Positions 29,172 to 42,504 are shown, counted from the first letter of the stretch. The stretch is 64,000 nucleotides of DNA from Deinococcus sp. (GCA_965261005.1 OZ253375.1:2112001-2176000); one strand, 5' to 3'. Program-made: numbers and translations. Notes: generated by a model from the sequence alone, not told the origin.

Positions 29172-30166
29172 CGGTACTTTTCGATGTCGCGCAGGTGGGC
29201 GGCGTAGCTGGCGTTCACCCTCAGCGCGCCGTCCTTACCGTGCAGGAAGTACAGCGCTTGTTTCCCGTTCACCTCGCGCACGGGGTTCAGGACCGCCTTG
29301 AGGGCGGCCTCGCCGGGATTGTCAATCGGTCCCGGCGGCAGACCGGCGCGGGTGTAGGTGTTATAGGGGGTGTCCTTTTTGAAGTCGCCGGCCGAGCGGT
29401 CGAGTTGCGGCAAGTCCTTGCCCAGGCCGTAGGCGACGGTGGGGTCCGACCCCAGCGGCATGCCCGCGTCCAATCGGTTGAGAAAGACGCCGGCGATGGG
29501 GGCCATCTGCGCGTCGTCGCCGGCCTCGGCCTGGACCAAGCTCGCCAGCGTGACCCAGCCGCGCACGCTCAGGCCCAGCCGCTGGGCGGCGGCCACCCGC
29601 ACGGGGGTGAACTCGCGCCCCATGCGCGCGACGAGCGCCCGCGCGATCTCCTGCGGGGTCGCCTCCGGACGGAAGGGGTAGGTGGCGGGAAACACGAAGC
29701 CCTCCAGGTTGCCCCGCGCGTAGGGGCTGAGCGTGGCGTCCTCTAAGGCGGCGCGCAGGCTCGCGGCGCTGCCCAGGCCCGCCGCCTGAAAAATGGCGGG
29801 AAGGTCCTTTAAGCGCTTGCCCTCGGGAATGGTCACGGTCACGATGCGCGGCCGGCCCGGCTCGGCCAGCACGTCGGCCACCTGAAAGGCGCTCAGGTTG
29901 CCGGGCAAATCGTAGAGGCCGTCGCGCAGCTGCCCCTCGCTGCCGCGCAGCCGCATGATGGCGCGCAGCGCCCCCGCCGAGCGCACCACGCCGCGCTTCT
30001 CCAACTTGGCCGCGACCGCCCCCAGGGTCTCGCCGGGCTTCACCTCCAGCGTGATGGCGGGGCCGCCGGCCGGCCCGGTCAGCTGGCCCAGCGAGATCAG
30101 CGCGCCGACGCCGAGCAGTGCCAAGATAAAGACGACGGTCAGCAGCCAGCGCAGCGGCCGGCTCAC
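29168..30166 (-). CDS. mltG: Endolytic transglycosylase MltG
   Basis: [42 protein letters not shown]. Confidence 0.92.
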
Positions 30167-31128
30167 GCGGTCTCCACCGCGCCGACGCCGTGCCGCGCCA
30201 AGCGCGCCCGCAAATCGGCGTCCACGGGGGCGCGCGCCCCGAAGCGGCCGACCACCCAGCCCGCCACGTCCACCGCACACTGGGCCGCCGCGAGCGGGTC
30301 GCCGAAGCGCAGCAAATGGCCCAGGTACGCGCCCCCAAAGGCGTCCCCCGCCCCGGTGGCGTCCACCACCGGGCCGCGGGTGGCGGGCACGGCCACGCTT
30401 TCCCGGCCGCGCAAGCCCAGCAGCGCCCCGCGCGCGTCGAGCTTGAGGGCCACCTCAGTTCCCGGAAAGCGCGCGAGCAGCCAGGCCAGCATCGCCCCCG
30501 GCTCGCTCTCGCCGCTGAGGGCGCGGGCCTCGTCGGCGTTGGGCAGCAGCAGATCGAAGGGAATTTGGTCCATCAGGCGCAAAAAATCGTCGCGGCCGAA
30601 CTGCTGGATCATCTGAAAGCTGCCGGGGTCGAGGGACACCGTGGCCCCGCCCGCCCGCGCCAACTCGGCCGCGCGCAAAGCGGCCCCCCTGGGCGGGTCG
30701 GAAAACAGGCTCCAAGCGGTCAGGTGCAAATGGCGTGCCGCGCGCAATTCTGCCTCCGGCAACTCCTGGGGCAGCAGAAACCAGTCGGCCCCCTGGCCCG
30801 ACAGCATGGCGCGCTGCCCCGTATTGTCAATCAGGGCCAGGATCACCCCCGTCAGGTGTTCGGGGGTGCTGACGACGTGGGGCGTCACGCCCTCGGCCTC
30901 CAGCGCCAGCACCGCCAACTCGCCGAAGCGGTCGCGGCCCACCTTGCCGACAAAGGCGCTGGGAGAGCCTACCCGCGCCGCCCACACCGCCAGATTGGCC
31001 GCGCTGCCGCCGCCCAGCAGCTCCAAGCGGCCGGTGGTGTCGCCGCCGGGAAGCAGCATGGTGTCGGGCTTGGCGAGCACGTCCCAAGTCAGGTCGCCGA
31101 GGGACACCAGGGGCGCGCGGGAAGTCAT
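30163..31128 (-). CDS. PfkB-family carbohydrate kinase
   Basis: [22 protein letters not shown]7-ATG. Confidence 0.9.
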   Translation of the reverse strand: MTSRAPLVSLGDLTWDVLAKPDTMLLPGGDTTGRLELLGGGSAANLAVWAARVGSPSAFVGKVGRDRFGELAVLALEAEGVTPHVVSTPEHLTGVILALIDNTGQRAMLSGQGADWFLLPQELPEAELRAARHLHLTAWSLFSDPPRGAALRAAELARAGGATVSLDPGSFQMIQQFGRDDFLRLMDQIPFDLLLPNADEARALSGESEPGAMLAWLLARFPGTEVALKLDARGALLGLRGRESVAVPATRGPVVDATGAGDAFGGAYLGHLLRFGDPLAAAQCAVDVAGWVVGRFGARAPVDADLRARLARHGVGAVETA

Positions 31129-31174
31129 TCCCGGCATGATAACCGCTCGGGGCGAAGAACAAGCGGGGCCAGCT

Positions 31175-32269
31175 CTAACCGAGCAGCGCCTCCACCCGCG
31201 CCACCCCTGCCGCGACCTCCCCCGCCGTGCGGCCCACCACGTTCACGTGGCCGAGCTTGCGCCGGGGGCGGTTGGCCTTGCCGTACCAGTGAAGGCGCGC
31301 GCCGGGAATGCTCAGGAGGGCGTTCCAGTCGGGTTCAGCGCCTTCCCAGCCCAGGATGTTCACCATCGCGCAGGGCAACAGCGGCGCGAAGTCCTCCTGC
31401 GGCCAACCCAGGGCCGCGCGCAGCTGCGCCGTGAACTGGCTGACGCCGCCCCCGTCCTGGGTGAGGTGCAAGCTGTTGTGGGCGCGCGGGGCGATCTCGT
31501 TGACCAGCAGCTCGCCGCCCGGCAGCTCGAAGAACTCCAGCGTCAATAGGCCCTCCAGGCCCCACGCCTCGGCGGCGGTGCGCGCCGCCGCGCGGGCGCA
31601 AACCTCGACCCCCGGCCCCGACGCGGCGGGAAAGACCGAGCGCCGCAGGATGCCGTCCTTGTGGGTGTTTTCCACCAGGCCCGAGTAGGCCAGCTCCCCC
31701 CCCGGTGAGCGCGCGACCGCCAAGCTCACCTCGCGCACGAAGGGTACGACGCCTTCCAGCACGCACTCGGCGCCGGCCCCCTCGAAGGCGGCGCGCAGCT
31801 CGGCCTCACTGTTCACCCGCGCCTGCCCCTTGCCGTCGTAGCCGAGTTCGGCGGTCTTCAAGAGGCCGCGCCCGCCCACCTCTGCCAGCGCGCCCGGCAA
31901 GTCGGCCTCCGTGTTCAGGGTCACGTAGGGGGCGGTTCCCAGGCCCAGCGCGCGCAGGGCCTCTTTTTCGCGGGCGCGGTTGCTCGATATTCGCAGGATG
32001 GCCGGGTTGGGCCGCAGTGGCACCTTATTCTGTAAATACTCCAGCGCCCCGCCCGGCACGTTCTCGAACTCCAGCGTGACGGCGTCGCACCCGGCCAAGC
32101 GGTCGAGCGCGGCGCGGTCGTCGTAAGGGGCGGCGAGGTGCTCGGCCGCGAGGCGCGCGGGCGCGGCTGGGTCCGGGTCGAGGGCGACCACCCGCACGCC
32201 CAGCGGGGCCGCCGCTTGGGCCAGCATCTGCGCGAGTTGCCCGCCGCCCAACACGCCGAGGGTTGTCAT
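31175..32269 (-). CDS. purK: N5-CAIR synthetase
   Basis: [37 protein letters not shown]. Confidence 0.95.
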   Translation of the reverse strand: MTTLGVLGGGQLAQMLAQAAAPLGVRVVALDPDPAAPARLAAEHLAAPYDDRAALDRLAGCDAVTLEFENVPGGALEYLQNKVPLRPNPAILRISSNRAREKEALRALGLGTAPYVTLNTEADLPGALAEVGGRGLLKTAELGYDGKGQARVNSEAELRAAFEGAGAECVLEGVVPFVREVSLAVARSPGGELAYSGLVENTHKDGILRRSVFPAASGPGVEVCARAAARTAAEAWGLEGLLTLEFFELPGGELLVNEIAPRAHNSLHLTQDGGGVSQFTAQLRAALGWPQEDFAPLLPCAMVNILGWEGAEPDWNALLSIPGARLHWYGKANRPRRKLGHVNVVGRTAGEVAAGVARVEALLG

Positions 32270-32280
32270 AGGTCTCCCCT

Positions 32281-32805
32281 TCACACATCCCCCGCGAAGG
32301 GATAGCCCTCAAAGGCGGCGTCCTCCAGCACCGCCCGCGTTTGCCGGGCGCGAAAGGCGTCCAGCTTGGCGCGCACGCCCGCGTCTTCCCCCGCCAAGAG
32401 GGCCGCCGCGAACAGGGCCGCGTTCTTGGCCCCCGCCCGCCCGATGGCGAAGGTCGCCACCGGCACGCCGCCTGGCATTTGCACGATGGAGAGCAGCGAG
32501 TCGAGACCCGACAGGGCGCGCGACTCCACCGGCACGCCCAACACCGGCACGCGGGTAAAGGCCGACAGCATGCCCGGCAGGTGGGCCGCCCCGCCCGCCC
32601 CAGCGATAATGGCGCGCAGTTCCAGCCGCTCGGCCCGCGCCGCGTAGCGCTCCAGCAGCTGCGGCGTTCGGTGCGCCGAGAGAACTCGCGCCTCGCAGGG
32701 AATATCCAGATCGGTCAGCAGGTCGAGGGCGGGCCGCAGCGTCTCGAAGTCGCTGCGGCTGCCCATCACCACGCCGACTCGGGGGCCGACTTCGGGAGAG
32801 GTCAC
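32281..32805 (-). CDS. purE: N5-CAIR mutase
   Basis: MGSRSD, SAHRTP, AGGAAHLPG, QMPGGVPV. Confidence 0.95.
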   Translation of the reverse strand: MTSPEVGPRVGVVMGSRSDFETLRPALDLLTDLDIPCEARVLSAHRTPQLLERYAARAERLELRAIIAGAGGAAHLPGMLSAFTRVPVLGVPVESRALSGLDSLLSIVQMPGGVPVATFAIGRAGAKNAALFAAALLAGEDAGVRAKLDAFRARQTRAVLEDAAFEGYPFAGDV

Positions 32806-32828
32806 GCCGGCATCATAGAGAACGGCCG

Positions 32829-33986
32829 CTACTCGCTGTCCAGCAGCGCCCCGGCCACCTTGAGGGCGGCATCCACCGTGCCGTCAATCAGGGCGGGGTC
32901 GGCCAGCTTGTCCCCCGGCTGGTGGTAGTTGGGGTCCACGCCCCGGTGAAAGAACAGCGCGGGCACGCCAGCGTTCAGAAAGCTGGCGTGGTCGCTGTTG
33001 CCGCCGTCCTGAAAGATTTTGAGGCCCGGCACGGTCTTTTGGGCGAGCGTGCCCAGCTGCCGGTCGCCGCCCACCGCCAGCGGCGTGACGTTCACGCCGA
33101 CCATGTCGAAGTTGAACATGGCCTTTAGGCCCGCCGTCTTCTCGTCTGATACAAAAGCGCGCGAGCCGCGCAACCCGTCCTCCTCGCCGTCGAACAGCAC
33201 GAAGACGCTCTTTTGCGCCAGCGGCGTGTTTTGGGCGCGGCGGGCGAGTTCCAGTACCGCCACGCTGCCCGAGGCGTTGTCGTTGGCCCCCGGAGACTTC
33301 GTCACGCTGTCGAGGTGCGCCCCGAACAGCAGCTGCGGCGCGGTTCCGCTCATCTGGGCGATCACGTTCACCCCACGCACGTCCGCCGAGCGTACCCGCA
33401 CGCTCAGCTTGGCCGCCGCGCCGTCCGAGAGCCGCGCGCCCACGTCCTGGCTGACGCCCAGCACCGGCAGCGCCACCGACTCGCCGAGGGTGCCGCGCAC
33501 GTCGCCGGGCACGTTGTTCACCACGATCAAACCGAGGGCGCCCGCTTGGGTCGCGTTGCGCGCCTTTTCCGCGAAGGGAATTTGGCCGCGCGCCACCACC
33601 GCGATCTTGCCGCGCACGTCCGCGCCCGCGAAGTCCTGCGAATTGCCCAGCCCTGGCACGCGGGCCAGGGGGGCGCTGACCTCACCGCCTTTGGTGCCCT
33701 GAAGCGCGAGGCCGCTCAAAGTTTGGCCGCTGGGGGTTTGGTCGCCGAGGGACACGTCCGAGCCGAGGTCGTCGAAGCGGGGGTAGGAAAAGGTCTCGCG
33801 GCGCACGCTGTAGCCGGCCGCGCGCAACTGCGCCTCCACGTAGGCGCGCGCCCGCTCGCCGGCCTCGGAGCCGGCCACGCGCGGGCCGTAGGTGGAGAGC
33901 GCTTGCAGATCGGCGGCGGCGCCCGCGAGGGCGGAAGACAGCAGCAGCGGCGCGATCAGGGCGGCGCGTAAGGCGAAGGGAGTCAT
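32829..33986 (-). CDS. Secreted M28 aminopeptidase with PA domain
   Basis: GAHLDSV, GANDNASG, GEEDGL, DMVG, SDH, YH. Confidence 0.9.
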   Translation of the reverse strand: MTPFALRAALIAPLLLSSALAGAAADLQALSTYGPRVAGSEAGERARAYVEAQLRAAGYSVRRETFSYPRFDDLGSDVSLGDQTPSGQTLSGLALQGTKGGEVSAPLARVPGLGNSQDFAGADVRGKIAVVARGQIPFAEKARNATQAGALGLIVVNNVPGDVRGTLGESVALPVLGVSQDVGARLSDGAAAKLSVRVRSADVRGVNVIAQMSGTAPQLLFGAHLDSVTKSPGANDNASGSVAVLELARRAQNTPLAQKSVFVLFDGEEDGLRGSRAFVSDEKTAGLKAMFNFDMVGVNVTPLAVGGDRQLGTLAQKTVPGLKIFQDGGNSDHASFLNAGVPALFFHRGVDPNYHQPGDKLADPALIDGTVDAALKVAGALLDSE

Positions 33987-34048
33987 ACCTGATTAAAGCG
34001 TGCCCAGGTGTGAATTGCTCCCGGCTGGAGTAGATTGACGCCAAGTTT

Positions 34049-36154
34049 ATGTCGCGCCCGTCCGACCGCTTCAAACGCTGGCTGTTCGCTTCCGCGCCGG
34101 GCAGCGGGGCCTTTGGGGGCGTCTCACCGACGCCCGAGGGTTTGTATGAGCGAGAAGGCGGCGCGCGGCGCGTCTACCCGTGGTGGCAGGCGCTGTGCCT
34201 GATGGGCGCGGGCTATTTTTCCACCCTCAGCTACCTGCCGAGCATCGCCTTTTTGGCGGCCGGCGCCCTCAGCCCGCTCGCGACGCTGGTGTTGGTGCTG
34301 GCGACCTTGTTCGGCGCCCTGCCGGTGTATCGCCGGGTCGCCCAGGGCAGTTCGCACGGCGGCGGCTCCCTCAGCATGTTGGAGCGGCTGCTGCCGTTTT
34401 GGCAAGGCAAGCTGCTGGTGTTGGCGCTGCTGGGCTTTCTGGTGACCGACCTGGTGCTGACGGTCACGCTGTCGGCGGCGGACGCGGCGGCCCACCTCGC
34501 CGAAAACCCGTGGCTGAGTTCGTGGCTGGGCGCCCGCCACATCGCCGTGACGGTGGTGATCGTGGCGCTCTTGGGGACCGTCTTTTTGTGGGGCGTGCGG
34601 CAGCTGGTGGGCGTGGCGGTGGCGCTGGTCGCGGCCTACCTGGTTCTGAGCGGCGGGGTGATCGTCCACGGCCTGCTGGAGATCGCCGCGCGCCCGGACC
34701 TGCTCGCTTCCTGGCAACCGGAATTGGGGCGGGGCGGCCTGAACTTGCCGGGGCTGAACTTATCGGGGCTGGCGCTCGCGGCGGCGCTGTTGCTGCCCCG
34801 CTTGTCGGTGGGGTTTTCGGGCTTCGAGACCGGCGTGGCCGTGATGCCCCTCGTGCGCGGCGATTCGGATGACGCGCCCAGCCGGCCCAGGGGGCGCATT
34901 CGCAACACCCGCACCCTGCTGACGGTCGCCGCCCTGATCATGGGCCTGTTTTTGCTGGGCGCCAGCACCGTCACCACCCTGCTGATCCCGCCGGCGGCCT
35001 TTCAAAACGCCGCCGATACCCCGCGTCCGGCGCGCGAGTGCCGCGACCCCGGCTTACAGGCGCAGGCGCGCGCGGGGGGACAAACCCTGCGGCTGACGGG
35101 CGAACGCTGCGTGCTGTACGCCCCTGCCGGCGCGGCCAACGGGCGCGCCTTGGCGTACTTGGCCCACCGCGATTTGGGCGCCGTCTACGGTGGCCTGTTC
35201 GATCTGGTGACGGTCCTGATCCTGGGCCTGGCGGGCGCCAGCGCGCTGGCCGCGCTGCTCAACGTCGTGCCGCGCTACTTGCCGCGCTACGGCATGGCGC
35301 CCGAGTGGGCGGGCGCGAACCGCCCGCTGGTGCTGCTGTTCACGGGAATCGCCCTCGTGATCACGTTGCTGTACCGCGCGGACGTGAACGCGCAGGCCGG
35401 CGCCTACGCCACCGGCGTGCTGGTGCTGATCACGGCGGCGGCCGTCGCCGCCGCCCTGGCCTCGGCGCGGCGCTTCGAGCGCGCTCCGGCGCTGTTTTAC
35501 GGCGCCGTCGCGCTGATCTTCGGCCTGACCACCCTCGCCAACTTCGTCGAGCGGCCCGAGGGGTGGCGCATCGCCTCGGTCTTTATCGTGGCCATCGTCG
35601 CGCTGTCCATCGTGTCGCGTGCGGCGCGCGCCACCGAGCTGCGCGTGGAGCGCGTCGAACTCGACCGCGCCGCCGAGCGCATCCTGATCGGCGCCGGGGG
35701 CCGGCCCATCCGCTTCGTCGCCCACCATCCGCAGGGCGACGGGGACGGGGTGGAGGACGGGCCGGCCGAATACCGCTTCAAGGTCGCCGAGGCCCGCTGG
35801 GGCGTGCACGTGCCCGAGGAAGACCCCCTGGTCTTCGTGGAGGTGCAGATTGAGGACGCCTCCGAGTTCGGGGGCGTGCTGGAGGTGGAGGGCCGCGAGG
35901 TCGCCGGCTACCAAGTGTTGCGCGCGCGCGGCAGCTCGGTGCCCAACGCCATCGCCGCGCTGCTGCTGTTCGTGCGCGACGCCACCGGCGCCGTACCCCA
36001 CGTCTACTTCGGCTGGAACGAAAACGGCCCCCTCCAGAACGCGGCGCGCTTCGTGCTGGGTGGCCAAGGGGACGTGGCCCTGGTCACGCACGAAATCCTG
36101 CGCCTGGCCGAACACGACCGCCCCAAGCGCCCGAGGGTCCACTTGGGGGGATAG
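34049..36154 (+). CDS. APC-superfamily transporter with cytoplasmic C-terminal domain
   Basis: Many TMs, YFSTLSYLP, SGFETG, AYATGVL. Confidence 0.8.
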   Translation: MSRPSDRFKRWLFASAPGSGAFGGVSPTPEGLYEREGGARRVYPWWQALCLMGAGYFSTLSYLPSIAFLAAGALSPLATLVLVLATLFGALPVYRRVAQGSSHGGGSLSMLERLLPFWQGKLLVLALLGFLVTDLVLTVTLSAADAAAHLAENPWLSSWLGARHIAVTVVIVALLGTVFLWGVRQLVGVAVALVAAYLVLSGGVIVHGLLEIAARPDLLASWQPELGRGGLNLPGLNLSGLALAAALLLPRLSVGFSGFETGVAVMPLVRGDSDDAPSRPRGRIRNTRTLLTVAALIMGLFLLGASTVTTLLIPPAAFQNAADTPRPARECRDPGLQAQARAGGQTLRLTGERCVLYAPAGAANGRALAYLAHRDLGAVYGGLFDLVTVLILGLAGASALAALLNVVPRYLPRYGMAPEWAGANRPLVLLFTGIALVITLLYRADVNAQAGAYATGVLVLITAAAVAAALASARRFERAPALFYGAVALIFGLTTLANFVERPEGWRIASVFIVAIVALSIVSRAARATELRVERVELDRAAERILIGAGGRPIRFVAHHPQGDGDGVEDGPAEYRFKVAEARWGVHVPEEDPLVFVEVQIEDASEFGGVLEVEGREVAGYQVLRARGSSVPNAIAALLLFVRDATGAVPHVYFGWNENGPLQNAARFVLGGQGDVALVTHEILRLAEHDRPKRPRVHLGG

Positions 36155-36632
36155 AATCAAAGAGTTCCTAATTTTATCGTTAAATGTTCTGGTTGAAAGC
36201 AAAAGAGGGGCGATCAATGAAAGCAAGCGTCTGTGCAATTTATTTTGGTCTCGCCCTGACGGTCTTGAACGTCGTCGCCGAAGCTCAAGGAAGTGAGCCA
36301 GTAAGGTGTAAAAATCCTCAAGAATTGTACAAAGCTGTAGAGGAAGACTTTACATCTTACTATCAAGAAAGCAAAGAATACCAATTGTGGCGTGATAACA
36401 ACATCTATGCTGGACAGTCGAGAGAAAATGAGGGGGCTACAATCTACTATCTCGACAAAGGTAAAATAAATATCGCGGAACTTAAAAAACTGGAAGATGA
36501 GGCCAAAAGCCTTTTTCCCGACGCCAAGTTCTTTAAGCCTATTCTGGGCATTAACTGGGCGACGGGCATAAAGCTTATGAATTTTTTAGGTGTTGCTAGC
36601 ACCTGTGGATTTACCCCTGATGAAGAATTGAC

Positions 36633-37797
36633 CTCAGTACCCGACAGGTAGGGTCGGTGGCATCTGAAGGGCCGGGAAGAGGAGGGCCAGACAAGACCTG
36701 GCGCGCTCAAGGTTCCACTTGAGGGCGTCCACAAGCAGATCGAGGCCGGTCAGGAAGGTGCTCTTGGCTTTGCGCCCGTGCGTTTTGAGCCGTACGGGCG
36801 CCTCCTGTTCCCGCACCAGACCGACCAGCAGCGCCCAGACGAAGGCGACCGTGAGCAAGCTGACCAGCGTTTCGATGCGGGCAGGGTCGGTCATGTGGGT
36901 CGCCTCCAGATTGAGGCCGCGCAGTTTGTAAGCGCCGAAGGTGCATTCGATGGACCAGCGCGACCGGTAGCGCTCACAGGTGTCGAACAGCGAGAGGTCC
37001 GAGGCGATCACCACCCGCTCGCCCTCGCTAGACAGCGTGGCAACCACCTGCATCTCAGCGCCGTAGACCACCTCTTTGTCGAGCAGGCCGCGCACCTCGC
37101 CGGGCGTCAGGTGTGCAAAGGCGTCTCGAACCGCGATGTCATCGAGCAGGGTGTCCTCACGAATGCGGATGCAGCGCTTGAGCCGTCGTTGTTCCAGGGC
37201 CGCGAACCAGTCTTTGCCCACGAACTCACGGTCGGCCAGCAGCACCGCAATGCGCTGTGCGGGAATGACGCTCAGCAGCCGGTCGAGCAGCGCGATGCGC
37301 GCGGCAGTCGAACTGGCGCCGCCGTGGTCCAGCACGTCCCACACCAAGGGGAGAGCGTAGCCAGCAAACACCGCCCCAATCACCAAGATGTTGTGATCAT
37401 ATTGCCCATAGCGCCAGTTGGTGCGGTCCATCGCGAGCGTCAACTTGCCGCTCCCCAACAGCGGCAGGATCAGTTGGGCGGCCTCGTGCTGAGTGAAGGT
37501 CGCTGCGGCGAAGAAGCGGGCGACGCGACGTTCTTTGCTTTCGGGTCGGGCGTCACCCGGCAAGTGCTGGGCGAGTTTGCGGTGAGTGACGTGCTGGGCG
37601 TGGACGGTAGCGAGCAACATATCGGCGAGACGAGCGCGCTGGTCAGAGCGGCGTCCGGGCAGGTGTTGCGCGACGAGCGCGCGCAGGGTAGCGTCAGTGG
37701 TGCCGGGGGGCTGGGTACTCATCAACCACAGTTTGCCCCGGCTCTGCTGTCTCTCCTCGTGTCACACAACCTTTAGACCTTCCTGTCGGGTACTGAG
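36633..37797 (-). mobile_element. IS4-family insertion sequence, 1165 bp
   Basis: 16-bp TIR CTCAGTACCCGACAGG; 9-bp TSD AGAATTGAC (36624-36632, 37798-37806). Confidence 0.93.
36634..37722 (-). CDS. IS4-family DDE transposase
   Basis: MDRTNW, ADREF, YRSRWSIE..F...K (YREK). Confidence 0.92.
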   Translation of the reverse strand: MSTQPPGTTDATLRALVAQHLPGRRSDQRARLADMLLATVHAQHVTHRKLAQHLPGDARPESKERRVARFFAAATFTQHEAAQLILPLLGSGKLTLAMDRTNWRYGQYDHNILVIGAVFAGYALPLVWDVLDHGGASSTAARIALLDRLLSVIPAQRIAVLLADREFVGKDWFAALEQRRLKRCIRIREDTLLDDIAVRDAFAHLTPGEVRGLLDKEVVYGAEMQVVATLSSEGERVVIASDLSLFDTCERYRSRWSIECTFGAYKLRGLNLEATHMTDPARIETLVSLLTVAFVWALLVGLVREQEAPVRLKTHGRKAKSTFLTGLDLLVDALKWNLERARSCLALLFPALQMPPTLPVGY

Positions 37798-37985
37798 AGA
37801 ATTGACTTACTTCGACCCAACTATAAACAAGGTCGGAATCATTTTAGAGAAAATAAATCAGAAAGATGAAGTCATGAAATTCTTGGAATCTCAGAATATC
37901 TCGCCGTCAAATTTTATCTTCGGCGAAGGTAAACTCAACCCAAGATAGAGCATTGAGTTTATAAGAAATCTTTTGATAAAAAGTT

Positions 37986-38930
37986 TTAGGGCAGCCGCAG
38001 CCTCAGCTTCTCCCAAAGCACCTCTTGGACGAGGGCGCGGGTTTGATTCTGGCGCAAACTCAGACTCTGCGCGCCCCCGGTCGTGTTGGTCGTGAAGTCC
38101 AGATTGTAAAAGCCGGTCGCCATGACCGCGTTGCCTTTGGGAACGACGTTGTAAGCAAAGGCGCCGGTGCTGAGAATTTTGCCGCTCTTCCAGCCCCGGC
38201 CGCTCAGGGCCGCCTTGACGGCGTTTGGAAAGCTGAAGGTGCCGTCGTCCCTCGCGAAGCACAGAAACGAGAACGAGGTGTCCGGCGCAGTTTGACTGAT
38301 AGAGAACAGCACGACCGTGTCGGCGCGCCCGCTCGGGTTCGACCACCTGAAGACGGTGTCCGGGGTAACGGTCCTGTCAATGGCAGGCGCAGTCAGCTTC
38401 ACCTTTTGAGGGGTGGGCGGAAAGCTGGCCGTGAAGGCGGGAAAGCCGTCCGGGGCGCCCGGCACCTGAACGCTCAGCTGGGAAGGCAGGTTGGGCAGGG
38501 GCGTGGTGCCGTCGCCGTAGAGAATATCGCCGTTCTGGCTCTGTTTGGGCAGGGTCGTGTAGGTCTGCGCCCCACTCTTGAGGATCAGCTTGGACCCCGC
38601 GTCCAACGTCGGCGCGCTCTGTGGCGTGTCAATTGGGTCGGGCTGGGTGGGGTTGCCGAGTTGACAGCTGTCGGGAATGTCCGAGTTGGCCAAGCTGGGC
38701 GGGGCATTCCTGAAGGAGGCGGTGTTGAACACGCCGCTGCCAACCGTCTGGGTCTGCTCCCCGCCGCCAAGAACGCTGCTATAGCGCGACAGGACGACCG
38801 CGCCCGTCTTGGTGTACGTTGTTGCGCCGCCCCCATTCCCGGTTCCCGCATCCGGCGGTGTGACCGTCACGCCACAGGCGGCGAGAACCAGCGTGAGTCC
38901 GGCACATCCGATCATCCATTTTGCGCGCAT
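37986..38930 (-). CDS. Hypothetical lipoprotein
   Basis: Lipobox LAAC; TAGGGT-N6-ATG. Confidence 0.8.
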   Translation of the reverse strand: MRAKWMIGCAGLTLVLAACGVTVTPPDAGTGNGGGATTYTKTGAVVLSRYSSVLGGGEQTQTVGSGVFNTASFRNAPPSLANSDIPDSCQLGNPTQPDPIDTPQSAPTLDAGSKLILKSGAQTYTTLPKQSQNGDILYGDGTTPLPNLPSQLSVQVPGAPDGFPAFTASFPPTPQKVKLTAPAIDRTVTPDTVFRWSNPSGRADTVVLFSISQTAPDTSFSFLCFARDDGTFSFPNAVKAALSGRGWKSGKILSTGAFAYNVVPKGNAVMATGFYNLDFTTNTTGGAQSLSLRQNQTRALVQEVLWEKLRLRLP

Positions 38931-39030
38931 GCTCCCACCCTAGCGGCCCCCGCCTGACGGACCGCCCCCGCGCGGATGAACCCCAATTTTCCGCCCTTTC
39001 ACGTCCCGTCAGCCGCGCTAGACTGCCCCG

Positions 39031-40833
<1,803 letters not shown>

Positions 40834-40885
40834 GCGAGGGGAAGAAGCCCCAGATGAGCTGAGGCTCAAGCGCTAGCATACTTTT

Positions 40886-41920
40886 ATGGCGCGCCCGAAC
40901 TCAGCTTGGCGGCGGCTGCGCGAGCCGGTGCAGGCGGTCAGCTTGCGCGCCCAGTTCGCGCTGGTGATCGGGCTGCTCTCCTTTTTGCCCAACGTGGTGA
41001 TCGTGCTGGCGCTGACCCGGCTGGGCAACTTGGTGGACCTCAACGCCGTGGTCGCCTGGCTGCTGCTGGTGGCCGTTATCTCCGGGGCGGTGGGCTACGC
41101 GCTGTCGTCGGCGCTGCTGCGCCCGCTGTCGCGCCTGACGGGGGAGGTCAACGCCGGGCGCCCCGGAGAAGGTTGGGACGACGACCCCGGCGAGGTGCGC
41201 TCCTTGCGCGGCGCCTTTGCGCGGCTGCTCTTTCGGCTCGGCCAGGAGCAGGACCGCCGCAACGCCTTTGTGGCGACCCTGGTCCACGACCTCAAGACGC
41301 CGCTGATCGCCACCGGCCACCTGGTCGGGGCGCTGCGCGATGTGCCGATGGGGGCGGGGGAGCGCGCCGAGGTGGCCGGGCAACTCCTCGACGAGAACGC
41401 CCGTTTGCTGCACCTGGTTCAGCAGATGGCCGACGCCCACAGGTTCGAGCGGGGCGGCGTGCCCATGCGCCGCGCGCCGCTGGACCTGGCCGAGTTGGGG
41501 GCACGGCTGCTGGCGCGCTTTGGGGTGCGCGCCGGGGAGCGGGGCCTGTTGCTCTCGCTCTCGGGCGGCGGTCAGGTGAGCGCCGACGCCGGGCAACTCG
41601 ACCGCGCGCTGTCCAATTTGCTCGACAATGCCGTGCGCTACGCGGCGGGGGAAGTGAGGCTCGACCTGTCCCCGGGGCGCCTTGAGGTGCGCGACGACGG
41701 CCCCGGCCTGCCAGAAGCGCTGCACCAGCTGGCCCAGCCCTTCAACGCCCAGCCCGCCCTGATCGCCGGCCAGCCCTACACCGCCGGCACCGCCGGCCTC
41801 GGCCTCTTCATCGCGCGCAGCGTCGCCGAGGCGCACGGCGGCTACCTGACCTACCGCCGCGAGGCGGGCTGGAGCGTGTTCGAGCTGGATTTGGGCGAGA
41901 TCGATCTGGGAGGCAAGTGA
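40886..41920 (+). CDS. Sensor histidine kinase
   Basis: 2 TM, HDLKTPL, NLLDNA, DDGPG, GLGL. Confidence 0.92.
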   Translation: MARPNSAWRRLREPVQAVSLRAQFALVIGLLSFLPNVVIVLALTRLGNLVDLNAVVAWLLLVAVISGAVGYALSSALLRPLSRLTGEVNAGRPGEGWDDDPGEVRSLRGAFARLLFRLGQEQDRRNAFVATLVHDLKTPLIATGHLVGALRDVPMGAGERAEVAGQLLDENARLLHLVQQMADAHRFERGGVPMRRAPLDLAELGARLLARFGVRAGERGLLLSLSGGGQVSADAGQLDRALSNLLDNAVRYAAGEVRLDLSPGRLEVRDDGPGLPEALHQLAQPFNAQPALIAGQPYTAGTAGLGLFIARSVAEAHGGYLTYRREAGWSVFELDLGEIDLGGK

Positions 41921-42501
41921 ATATCCTGATCGCCGACGACCACCCGCTGTTTCGCATGGGGCTGCGCTACGCGCTGGGCGCGCAGGGCTTCACGGTGGTC
42001 GCCGAGGCGGCCGGCGGTGAGGAGGCTGTGACGGCCTGTCTGGAAACAAATCCCGACGTGGCCCTCTTCGACGTCAAGATGCCGGGCATCAGCGGCGTCG
42101 AGGCGTGCGCCCGCGTGGTGCGCCAGCGGCCGGCCCTCAGCGTGGTGCTGATCTCCACCTTCGCCGAGCCGGCCATTATCGCCGCCGCCCGTCAGGCCGG
42201 GGCGCGCGGCTACCTCTCCAAGGAGACCGACCCCGCCGACCTCGCCCGGACGTTGCGGCGCATCGTGGCCGAGCCAGAGCGCGACTGGCTGCCGAGAACC
42301 GACCTGCCCGCCCTCACGCCGCGCGAGCGCGAGGTGCTGGCCCTGCTCGCGCTCGGCCACAGCAACAAGGTGATCGCCCGCGACCTCGGCCTCAGCCCCG
42401 ACACCGTCAAGGACCACCTGAGCCGCCTGTTCGCCAAGCTGGGCGAGGGCGACCGGGTGGCGCTGCTCAACCGCGCGCGCGCTTTGGGTCTGATCGGCTG
42501 A
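41917..42501 (+). CDS. NarL/LuxR-family response regulator
   Basis: ADDHPL, D-phosphoacceptor, LTPREREVL...SNK. Confidence 0.92.
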   Translation: MNILIADDHPLFRMGLRYALGAQGFTVVAEAAGGEEAVTACLETNPDVALFDVKMPGISGVEACARVVRQRPALSVVLISTFAEPAIIAAARQAGARGYLSKETDPADLARTLRRIVAEPERDWLPRTDLPALTPREREVLALLALGHSNKVIARDLGLSPDTVKDHLSRLFAKLGEGDRVALLNRARALGLIG

Positions 42502-42504
42502 GCG

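Larger units (their letters stand above)
36217..37948 (+). pseudogene. AT-rich secreted hypothetical protein (185 aa reconstructed) interrupted by IS4
   Basis: Removing the IS and one TSD restores ...DEELT|YFDPT... in frame. Confidence 0.8.
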
